From NCBI GenBank assembly GCA_013202955.1, contig JABMPP010000039.1:1-36596 (forward strand): a stretch of DNA of 36,596 bases, given 5' to 3'. Positions within the stretch are counted from its first letter, which is position 1; every line of letters begins with the position of its first letter. Made by a program: the position numbers and the translations under genes. This stretch comes from Candidatus Woesearchaeota archaeon (GTDB lineage: Archaea; Nanobdellota; Nanobdellia; Woesearchaeales; JABMPP01). Below, in pieces: positions 10,186-17,950 of this stretch. The notes beneath the pieces were generated by a model. The model was not told the DNA's origin. It saw nothing but the letters and a program-made list of their open reading frames with translations, and searched no databases.

Positions 10186-10219
10186 AATGTTCCAAAAATC
10201 CTTGATTTTTCAGAACATT
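10186..10219. repeat. 34-bp imperfect palindrome inserted at gap 5' end
   Basis: AATGTTC-C-AAAAATC-CTT-GATTTTT-CA-GAACATT. Confidence 0.8.
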
Positions 10220-10229
10220 TATGGCAACT

Positions 10230-13200
10230 CTAACCATTTTTCATCTCCGCTTCCTTTTCAGCAATCTTTAATCTTGTTTTAATAACAGTGTCAGGATTCA
10301 ATGAGATTGAATCAATTCCTTGCTCAACCAAAAATTGTGCAAAATCCTCATAATCGCTTGGTGCTTGACCACATATTCCTATTTTTCTGTTTTTCTCTTT
10401 AGCTGTATGTATAACTTGTGAGATTAATCTTTTAACTGCTTCATTTCTTTCATCATAAATAGAGGAAACTAACTCAGAATCTCTATCTAATCCTAATGTT
10501 AACTGTGTAAGGTCATTTGAGCCTATTGAGAACCCGTCAAATATCTCAGCAAACTGATCAGCTAATATAACATTGGAAGGAATCTCACACATAACATAAA
10601 CCTCTAAATGATTTTCTCCTCTTTTTAATCCGTTTTTTTCCATCTCAGCAAGCACCTTTTTGCCCTCTTCAACAGTTCTGCAAAATGGAACCATAATTTT
10701 TATGTTAGTTAACCCAAAAACATCTCTTACTTTCTTTAAAGCTCTACATTCTAGTGCAAATGCATCTTTATAATTCACATTATAATATCTAGAAGCACCT
10801 CTCCAACCTATCATTGGATTTTCTTCAACTGGTTCATAGAGCTTTCCTCCTACTAAATTAGCATACTCATTGCTCTTGAAATCGCTTAATCTTACAATAA
10901 CATCATTTGGATAAAAGGCAGCTCCTAATATTGCGACACCTTCAGCTAATTTGTCAACAAAAAACTCTGTTTTGTCCTCATAACCTTTAGTACGCTTCTC
11001 TATTTCTGCTTTTACTTTCTTGTCTTTTAAACTATTAAAATTCAACAAAGCATTTGGGTGTATACCAATATGAGAATTTATAATAAACTCTTCTCTTGCC
11101 AATCCTACTCCATCATTTGGCAGAAAACTATACTCAAATGCGTGTTCAGGAGAACCAAGATTCATCATTATTTTTGTTCTTGTTTTAGGAATATTCTCAA
11201 GATTGATTGATTTTACACCAAAAGTGACTAATCCTTCATATACATAACCTTCCTCTCCTTGAGAGCAGTCAACTGTAACACTTTTCACGTCTTTTAATTT
11301 TTCAGTGCCATTTCCTGTTCCAACAATACACGGAATCCCCATTTCTCTTGAGATAATAGCTGCATGACAATTATTTACCAATAGGGGGGTATATCTTTCA
11401 CTAAATACTATGTAATTGTGGTTGTCTTCAACAGTTATGTTATAAACATCATCAACTCCTAAATCTTTAACAAATGAAACTCTTGTTTGTCTAAAATCAG
11501 AACTTAAAATCCTAGAGATATTACTCTTTGTTTTTTTATCCAGTAAATTTAAAGACGTTGAAATCAATTTTTCATCAATTAACAAGTTTTTTCTTATTCT
11601 GTTATTAATTTCTGAATTAGTCCATTTTCTGAATAATTGTTTTGTATTAAAGAATCTTGTTCCCATTGTTCTAAAATCTTTGCATGTCACTCTTTTGGTG
11701 AATCTATTCAGTTCGTTAAGTTTTTCAACTATCTGAACATTGTGGATATTTCTATTTGTTGAAACTTGAGGAACAATTCCAATTCTTAAACAAGATATTA
11801 TCACTGGTTCAAGCAGTTCTTGTTTTGAAATGTAAATACTAATCCTTCCTTTTGAAAATGTCCCATCACCATCAATAACTCCTCCTAAAAAATTATAAGC
11901 CACACTTTCATCAGTTTGTAGCAACATTTCAGTAATTGATTCCATTTCAAGCTTTAATTCTCTTGCAATTAGTTTTGAATAACACCTATATGAATTTGCA
12001 TTTCCAATAACTTTTTCTCCCCTAATAAAGCCTTCTGAAGGTTTTTTTGGACTTTCCCTAAATGTTTTATTATAGGTTGCTTGTAAACATTTATTCATTT
12101 TTGTAATAAATCTTTTTTTCTCCTCTATAGGTTTTTGAATAAAAGTAACCTCTCCATGGGTTCTTGATTGATAAATATGTCCATCTGTCATTAATCCACC
12201 TAATAAATATGCAATATTTTGTTCTTTTTGAGTTGACTTAGTCAATTGTGGAATACTTTGTGCAACCAATAAACATTCCTTATTGTTTAATATATCTTTG
12301 ATTTTAGAATCAATGAGTTTTCCATCTCTAATATTCAACATTTTATGATCTGGGGTAATTTTTAAAAAATTGTTTTTCATTCTTCCACTTTGAGAAGAAC
12401 AAGTTTTGATCAATTTTCCTTTTTTCTTCATTACAGCCTGAATATTTTTCCATTCGGTTTTTAATGTTTTCCTGTTTAAAGAAGGCACTTTTAATCCTTC
12501 ATATCCTCCTTCAAAAACATTTTTTAGACTTCTAAATCCTTTATCAGTTAGAATCTTTGTATCTCCTGAAAAACATGTTCTTCCACCTCTATTTGTAACA
12601 ATAGCAGCTGCTATTTTCATTATTGGCTCCCAATCAGGATCAGTCATGTCTGTTACTAAAACATCACCTTTGTTGAACTTATGAATATCTTTTGCCTTCA
12701 TGATCATATTTACTTTTCCAGCACCTATTTTTTCTCCAACACTCTTTCCTGTCACTAATTTATTTCCTTTGCCTCTTAACTCATAATGGTCAATTTTTTT
12801 CACGCTTTTTTGAGAATGAACTGTTTCTGGTCTTGCCTGCACTATGAATAATTCATTTGTGTTTCCATCTTTTGCCCATTCCATATCCATTGGCTTGTAA
12901 TGGCCTGCTTTATGAGAATAATGATCCTCAATAATACACGCCCACTCTGAAAGCTTTATCAGCTCATCATCAGAAAGCACAAACTTTTCTCTGTCTGTTT
13001 GCTTTACAGGGATATTTTTTGTTGGTGTTTTTCCTTCTGCATACACCATTCTTATTTTTTTGTCACCAATTTTTTTGCTTATTATAGATTTGAATCCTTT
13101 TTTCATTGTTGGCTTGAAAACATAATATTCATCTGGGTTTACTGCTCCCTGCACAACATTTTCTCCTAATCCATAAGCTGCTGTTATGAAAACAACATTT

Positions 13201-13844
13201 TGAAATCCAGATTCAGTATCAATAGAAAACATCACTCCAGAGTTTGCTTTATCGCTTCTGACCATCTTCTGCACTCCAATGCTCAATCCAATTGAAAAAT
13301 GGTCAAATCCTTTATCTTCTCTGTAGCTAATAGCTCTGTTTGTAAACAATGAAGCAAAGCAGTTCTTGCATGCCTCAACAAGCTGTTTATCACCTTTTAT
13401 GTTTAAATATGTCTCTTGCTGGCCTGCAAAACTCGCATCAGGAAGATCCTCAGCAGTTGCAGAGCTTCTAACAGCAACATCAGTATTTTTTCCATACTGC
13501 TTTTGCATATGATGATAACCCTCTTTTATAGCATCCTCAACCTCTTTTGGAAGCTTGGCATTTCTTATCAAATCTCTTACTTTTTTCCCTCTTTCAGCAA
13601 GATTCTTAACATCTTTTGTGTTTAGATCTGACAAAACCTTTTTTATTTTCTCACGTATTTTTGAGTGATCTAAAAGATAATGATAAGCATGAGCTGTAAC
13701 AGCATAACCATTTGGAATATTTACTCCTTTATCTGTCAGATTCTTATACATCTCACCTAAAGAAGCATTTTTCCCTCCAACATGTTTGACATCTTCTATT
13801 CCTAACTGGTCAAACCATAGAATGAGTGCTTTCCCCTTGTCCAT
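10230..13844 (-). CDS. ppsA: Phosphoenolpyruvate synthase, intein-containing
   Basis: VGGKNASLGEM, AVRSSATAEDLP, QARPETV, GGRT|CHAAI, GFSIGSNDLTQ, GICGQAPSD; start at MDKGK (13844) downstream of a TATA box. Confidence 0.96.
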   Translation of the reverse strand: MDKGKALILWFDQLGIEDVKHVGGKNASLGEMYKNLTDKGVNIPNGYAVTAHAYHYLLDHSKIREKIKKVLSDLNTKDVKNLAERGKKVRDLIRNAKLPKEVEDAIKEGYHHMQKQYGKNTDVAVRSSATAEDLPDASFAGQQETYLNIKGDKQLVEACKNCFASLFTNRAISYREDKGFDHFSIGLSIGVQKMVRSDKANSGVMFSIDTESGFQNVVFITAAYGLGENVVQGAVNPDEYYVFKPTMKKGFKSIISKKIGDKKIRMVYAEGKTPTKNIPVKQTDREKFVLSDDELIKLSEWACIIEDHYSHKAGHYKPMDMEWAKDGNTNELFIVQARPETVHSQKSVKKIDHYELRGKGNKLVTGKSVGEKIGAGKVNMIMKAKDIHKFNKGDVLVTDMTDPDWEPIMKIAAAIVTNRGGRTCFSGDTKILTDKGFRSLKNVFEGGYEGLKVPSLNRKTLKTEWKNIQAVMKKKGKLIKTCSSQSGRMKNNFLKITPDHKMLNIRDGKLIDSKIKDILNNKECLLVAQSIPQLTKSTQKEQNIAYLLGGLMTDGHIYQSRTHGEVTFIQKPIEEKKRFITKMNKCLQATYNKTFRESPKKPSEGFIRGEKVIGNANSYRCYSKLIARELKLEMESITEMLLQTDESVAYNFLGGVIDGDGTFSKGRISIYISKQELLEPVIISCLRIGIVPQVSTNRNIHNVQIVEKLNELNRFTKRVTCKDFRTMGTRFFNTKQLFRKWTNSEINNRIRKNLLIDEKLISTSLNLLDKKTKSNISRILSSDFRQTRVSFVKDLGVDDVYNITVEDNHNYIVFSERYTPLLVNNCHAAIISREMGIPCIVGTGNGTEKLKDVKSVTVDCSQGEEGYVYEGLVTFGVKSINLENIPKTRTKIMMNLGSPEHAFEYSFLPNDGVGLAREEFIINSHIGIHPNALLNFNSLKDKKVKAEIEKRTKGYEDKTEFFVDKLAEGVAILGAAFYPNDVIVRLSDFKSNEYANLVGGKLYEPVEENPMIGWRGASRYYNVNYKDAFALECRALKKVRDVFGLTNIKIMVPFCRTVEEGKKVLAEMEKNGLKRGENHLEVYVMCEIPSNVILADQFAEIFDGFSIGSNDLTQLTLGLDRDSELVSSIYDERNEAVKRLISQVIHTAKEKNRKIGICGQAPSDYEDFAQFLVEQGIDSISLNPDTVIKTRLKIAEKEAEMKNG
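11370..12575 (-). mobile_element. Intein (402 aa) with LAGLIDADG homing endonuclease in ppsA
   Basis: Starts CFSGDT, block B TPDH, LAGLIDADG-like YLLGGLMTDG and FLGGVIDGDG, block F DVYNITVEDNHNY, ends LVNN followed by Cys+1. Confidence 0.95.
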
Positions 13845-13920
13845 TTTAATCTTAAACCATTCAGATGAGTATATAAACATTTGTTAGTATCAAGAAATGA
13901 TAAAAACCACTGTTTTTTCC

Positions 13921-13934
13921 AAAAGCTTTAAATC
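13921..13934 (+). promoter_or_regulatory. BRE/TATA promoter of sigma-70 gene
   Basis: AAAAGC-TTTAAATC about 25 nt upstream of ATG 13960, similar spacing to other promoters in the window. Confidence 0.6.
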
Positions 13935-13959
13935 TACTCTGTTTTTTCTGGACACTAAC

Positions 13960-14844
13960 ATGGATTACATTGATAAAAAACCCAAAAGTGGTCTTACTGT
14001 TTATATGGAAGAGATAGGAAAACCTGAGTATGATCCTCTTACACCTAATCAGGAAGTGTTGCTTGCTCAGAGGATAAAACAAGGAGACCAAGAAGCATTT
14101 TTTGAATTATTTAAACACAACCTAAGATTTGTTATTTCTGCTGCAAAAATGTTTAATAACTATTCTGACAAAATGTCTCTTGAAGACAGAATACAAGCAG
14201 GAAATATGGGTCTGTTTGAAGCAGCCAAAAGATATGATGAAACAAGAGGGTTTAAATTCATAACATACGCAGTGTGGTGGATAAAACAAAGAATAAGAAG
14301 TGCTTATTTTGAAAAATATAAGTATGTTGTTAAATTGCCAATGAACAGGCAAGCACTAATTGGAAAAATAAAAGAGAACCATGAAACATTCCTTGCAGTA
14401 AACGAAGGAAGAGAACCAACTTCTTATCAGTTAATAGATCTAATGAAACAAACGAGCGGAAAACTGCCTAATTTTTGTAATGTAGATGATATTTACTTAG
14501 ATGGTGTTCATATTGAAAAATCTTTAGATCAAAATCTTTGGGAAGATGATAAAAGACAAGTCTACAATAAAATTCCCGACACTAGTTCACTAGATCCTGA
14601 AAAATATTCTATGCAGACAAATGGGCATGAAGATATAGAAAAATTACTTTCGCTTCTTGATAAAAGAAGCCGTACAATAGTATGCATGTATTTAGGTATT
14701 GATGGATATCAGAAACTAACTCTTGAAGAGATAGGAACTGAGTTTGGTTTTACCAGAGAGCGTGCAAGACAGATAAAAAGAGATGCTCTAATCACGTTAA
14801 GACATCCTGCACATAAAGAACTTGTGATGAATTTAGTTGATTAA
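13960..14844 (+). CDS. Sigma-70 family RNA polymerase sigma factor (short RpoD/RpoS-like, no region 1.1)
   Basis: Region 1.2 YMEEIG..LT...E..LA; region 2 NLRFVIS, IQAGNMGL.EAA.RYD.TRGFKFITYAVWWIKQ; region 3 REPT, SLDQ; region 4 TLEEIG..FGFTRERARQI. Confidence 0.93.
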   Translation: MDYIDKKPKSGLTVYMEEIGKPEYDPLTPNQEVLLAQRIKQGDQEAFFELFKHNLRFVISAAKMFNNYSDKMSLEDRIQAGNMGLFEAAKRYDETRGFKFITYAVWWIKQRIRSAYFEKYKYVVKLPMNRQALIGKIKENHETFLAVNEGREPTSYQLIDLMKQTSGKLPNFCNVDDIYLDGVHIEKSLDQNLWEDDKRQVYNKIPDTSSLDPEKYSMQTNGHEDIEKLLSLLDKRSRTIVCMYLGIDGYQKLTLEEIGTEFGFTRERARQIKRDALITLRHPAHKELVMNLVD

Positions 14845-15356
14845 GGTATTCTTCTTAATTGTTTTATTAGATAACTGTCTTTGTCATCAGAGATTGTTTT
14901 TGCTTCTTCTTGTTTTATGGGTACTGTTTTTTCCTTCTCAAACTCACCCACAACTTTAGAATTATCTTTTAACTCCAGCTCAACAGTTGACATCTCTTCT
15001 TCTGAAAGCTGTTTTGGCTCCCATTGAAAATCTATTCCATCATTCTGCTTTCTTGGAATAATATTCACAGCAAAATGTGGCTGTTCTTGACCTGCAGGAA
15101 TTCCATTACTAACCAATATATTTGTTCCCTGTAGTTTTAATGCTTCAAATAAATGTATAGATATCTTATTAACAATCTCAAACACATGGCTAACAATATA
15201 ATCAGGAACCTGTTCTATAATTGGGAAATGATCTTTTGGCATAACAATAACATGACCAAGAGAAACAGGATTTGGGTCAAGGACAGCAACAACTTTATCA
15301 TCTTCAAATATCTTGTTCCCATTCTTTACTTCATCGCAATGTTTGCAGCTGCTCAT
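14841..15356 (-). CDS. HIT family protein, degenerate triad
   Basis: CKHC, LDPNPVSLGH, NGIPAGQEQPHFAVNIIPR. Confidence 0.85.
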   Translation of the reverse strand: MSSCKHCDEVKNGNKIFEDDKVVAVLDPNPVSLGHVIVMPKDHFPIIEQVPDYIVSHVFEIVNKISIHLFEALKLQGTNILVSNGIPAGQEQPHFAVNIIPRKQNDGIDFQWEPKQLSEEEMSTVELELKDNSKVVGEFEKEKTVPIKQEEAKTISDDKDSYLIKQLRRIP

Positions 15357-16012
15357 TCTCCAAACATCACCCGTGCAATTGAATCAAGATCTGCTCCATT
15401 ATCCTCTTCTTTTTCTTTCTTTTTAGTTGGCTTTTTAACTAGTTTCTCTGTTTTTTTCTTAACTACCTTTTTCTTTGGTTTTTCTTTGAATTCAGCCTCG
15501 ACAACTTTTTGTTTTTTAGGTTTTTCAGCCGCTTCAAACTTGGTTTTTTGAAGCAAAATCTTTTTTATCTCATCTAGCTGTTTTGTTGTTGTTTTCTTTC
15601 TTTTAAGCTGAAAACAGTTTATTCCATCATTTTCTTTCCTTGGTATAATATGTATCATGAAATGAGGACTTTTTTGGCCTGCAACAACACCATTTGCAAC
15701 AAATATGTTTGTTCCTTGTGCTTTAAGAGCTTTTAAAACAGATTGGGAAAGAGCTTTTGCGACCATAAACAAATGCTTTACATCAGGTTCTGGTATTTGA
15801 GGCATTATTGTTTGGTGCTCTTTAGGCATAAGAAGAATATGGCCAGGATTAGCTGGATTTATATCTAAAATAGCAATGCAAACATCATCTTCATAGATTT
15901 TTTTAGACTGCACTTTGCCTGATATTATATGACAAAAAATACAGTTTTTCTTCTGTAATTCGACGAGCTCTTCAGGGCTCATGTTCTTTAAATCCTCTTC
16001 AGAAAGCTCCAT
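15353..16012 (-). CDS. HIT family protein, degenerate triad, Lys-rich C-terminal tail
   Basis: CIFC, LDINPANPGH, NGVVAGQKSPHFMIHIIPR. Confidence 0.85.
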   Translation of the reverse strand: MELSEEDLKNMSPEELVELQKKNCIFCHIISGKVQSKKIYEDDVCIAILDINPANPGHILLMPKEHQTIMPQIPEPDVKHLFMVAKALSQSVLKALKAQGTNIFVANGVVAGQKSPHFMIHIIPRKENDGINCFQLKRKKTTTKQLDEIKKILLQKTKFEAAEKPKKQKVVEAEFKEKPKKKVVKKKTEKLVKKPTKKKEKEEDNGADLDSIARVMFGE

Positions 16013-16134
16013 TCTAGGTGTTTTAATGCACGTATTTGTATTTAAATGTTGTTAAAACTAAAACATACCCCAGTATACTAAAACGTAACATTTATATACT
16101 AGTTATGCCTTATGGTATATTAAAGAGGTAGATT

Positions 16135-16329
16135 ATGTTCAATGACTCCCTGTCGCCTCAATTTCTATACGAAATTCCACCCCCACAAACCCACAGAGAT
16201 GGGGAGTCCTTCATATTCAAAATGTCAGACGAAAACACAAAAGCAAGTGTGTATATGTTTTTAGTAGTTTTTTCTACAGCAGTTCTAGCTTATGTAACCA
16301 AGGATATCTCTCATATACTTAGAATGTAA
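16135..16329 (+). CDS. Small hypothetical protein with one TM segment
   Basis: GAGGT upstream of ATG, TATA near 16091, hydrophobic C-terminal half. Confidence 0.45.
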   Translation: MFNDSLSPQFLYEIPPPQTHRDGESFIFKMSDENTKASVYMFLVVFSTAVLAYVTKDISHILRM

Positions 16330-16333
16330 GTTA

Positions 16334-16347
16334 GTAAGTTTTATATA
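16334..16347 (+). promoter_or_regulatory. BRE/TATA box upstream of tRNA-Gln locus
   Basis: TTTATATA at 16340-16347. Confidence 0.55.
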
Positions 16348-16380
16348 GCAATATTAGTTCTAATTTGAGATATATTACTC

Positions 16381-16473
16381 AGCCCCGTGGTGTAGCGCAG
16401 TGGTTTCGCCCACTGGCGACGAAAGGCGACTCCTAGTCTTCGACCGGAGTCCCCTACAAGGGTTGTGTATATG
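16381..16473 (+). repeat. Duplicate of tRNA-Gln nt 1-17 followed by a GC-rich double-hairpin (REP/REPIN-like) insert
   Basis: AGCCCCGTGGTGTAGCG at 16381-16397 and 16474-16490; hairpins CAGTGG/CCACTG and GACTCC/GGAGTC; TGTAG...CTACA ends. Confidence 0.8.
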
Positions 16474-16546
16474 AGCCCCGTGGTGTAGCGGTCAAGCATC
16501 CGAGATTTTGGGTCTCGGGACCTCGGTTCGAGTCCGGGCGGGGCTA
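16474..16546 (+). tRNA. tRNA-Gln (anticodon TTG)
   Basis: Acceptor AGCCCCG/CGGGGCT plus A73, anticodon arm CGAGA-TT TTG GG-TCTCG, T arm CTCGG-TTCGAGT-CCGGG; A1-U72 is typical of archaeal tRNA-Gln; CCA not encoded. Confidence 0.95.
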
Positions 16547-16614
16547 TATTATTATCACTAATTAGTGACAAAAATAGAAACATTTATATATGAATTCTGC
16601 ATATTTTTTACCAT

Positions 16615-17346
16615 ATGTCGCGACTTAAACAGAAGATAGGAAAAGGAGTAGTTTTTTCTCTAATTACATTAATGTTAGGTGGCAGCGAAAAGAAATGTGA
16701 ATATATTCCCCGTTATTCTACAAATGTTCATCCAAAGAGTATAGAATGGGTAGATGAAAACATAGAAAGAATAGCAAAGGAACAAGAAGAAAAATTAGGG
16801 ATTAAATATCCATATCTTCCTGAAATAAAATTTGAACAACATCCTGATAAAAGTCTTGGAATGTATTATGAGCCTTATATCAACACACTTATCTTAGTGC
16901 TTCCCCAATATGCTCATTTTAATCCTTCTGAAATAGAAGAATATCTTGATCATGAATTAGGTCATGCTTATACTGACATATTAAATGAAATAAAAGGTAA
17001 TGCTAGCTGGCCAACATCACAAAAAGGAATAAAATATTACACACAAAGATTGATTTTTGAAGGAATAGCAGAATATTTCAGAAAACAAATGAAAGAAAAC
17101 ACAGAAGATAATTTTGATGATAATTATTGGCCAAAAACTCTTGGAGAATTTGTTGAAAAAATGAATTTTGAAGATAAAAAAATAATATATGATGGAGGAC
17201 ATAGCATTGTAAAACCAGTTTTAGATCATATGGGTGTTGAAGAAGGAATCTTATTTTTGATAAAAAATATTCCAAGAAAAAAAGATCTTGGGAACATACC
17301 ACAATATCAACAAAGATTATATGAAAAAGCAAATATTATTTCTTAA
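16615..17346 (+). CDS. Putative exported or anchored zincin (gluzincin-like) metallopeptidase
   Basis: Basic plus hydrophobic N-terminus; HELGH and downstream EGIAEY. Confidence 0.65.
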   Translation: MSRLKQKIGKGVVFSLITLMLGGSEKKCEYIPRYSTNVHPKSIEWVDENIERIAKEQEEKLGIKYPYLPEIKFEQHPDKSLGMYYEPYINTLILVLPQYAHFNPSEIEEYLDHELGHAYTDILNEIKGNASWPTSQKGIKYYTQRLIFEGIAEYFRKQMKENTEDNFDDNYWPKTLGEFVEKMNFEDKKIIYDGGHSIVKPVLDHMGVEEGILFLIKNIPRKKDLGNIPQYQQRLYEKANIIS

Positions 17347-17358
17347 AATGTATAAATA

Positions 17359-17874
17359 CTATGCACTTGGCATCAGATACTCAATCATTTGTTTTTCAAT
17401 ATCTTTCTTTCTCCTGTAAATATTTAATGTTTTTTGATTTCTCATGAGTTCTGTTTCAAATTCTTTCTGTGCCAACCCCTCAACATCTCCATCAATTATT
17501 TTGTGCTTAGAATTATGTCTATTTTTTTCTTCATCTGTTAATATTTTGATAATATTTTCATGCAAATCAAGCTCTTCATACCACGGGAAGTTGGAGTCAA
17601 TAACTGTTTTATTATTAATAAAAGCAGTTTTTTGGGTTTGATTAACATGTTCCTGCCATTTTTCAAGGAGTTTTTCAGCCTTATTGTAGAGATCTTCAGA
17701 AAAATATTTTGCAATATAATCTTTTTCAAGAATAAAAGAATAAACACCCCAGTTCTTATTTATATTATTCATATCAGTAAATTTGTTTGATTTAATACTG
17801 TTTAAAATATCTACTGTTTCTCCATACAATTCTTTCACTTTTTCCACAAGCATGTCTTTTTCATCAAGAAACAT
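17359..17874 (-). CDS. Hypothetical protein
   Basis: 171 aa ORF with GGTGA upstream; no motif recognised. Confidence 0.55.
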   Translation of the reverse strand: MFLDEKDMLVEKVKELYGETVDILNSIKSNKFTDMNNINKNWGVYSFILEKDYIAKYFSEDLYNKAEKLLEKWQEHVNQTQKTAFINNKTVIDSNFPWYEELDLHENIIKILTDEEKNRHNSKHKIIDGDVEGLAQKEFETELMRNQKTLNIYRRKKDIEKQMIEYLMPSA

Positions 17875-17950
17875 TATTTCACCTTACTATTTATCAAGAA
17901 ATCCTCTTTTTAGAGTAAAAACTATACATCATTTAAAAACCTTAGGTAAT

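Noticed and set aside
15380-15540. Lys/Glu-rich repetitive stretch in the HIT tail
   Set aside because: Low-complexity coding sequence with no exact tandem unit
16412-16424. Hammerhead ribozyme core (CTGGCGA...CGAAA)
   Set aside because: Deviates from CUGANGA and there is no stem II between the motifs
16381-16490. CRISPR mini-array or canonical BHB tRNA intron
   Set aside because: Only two 17-bp repeats, which are tRNA sequence; no cas genes; no clear bulge-helix-bulge found by eye
16474-16546. tRNA-Pro (TGG) reading of the anticodon loop
   Set aside because: The 7-nt loop TTTTGGG places TTG at positions 34-36, and A1-U72 fits archaeal tRNA-Gln
16341-16583. 80-aa minus-strand ORF
   Set aside because: Antisense shadow of the tRNA locus
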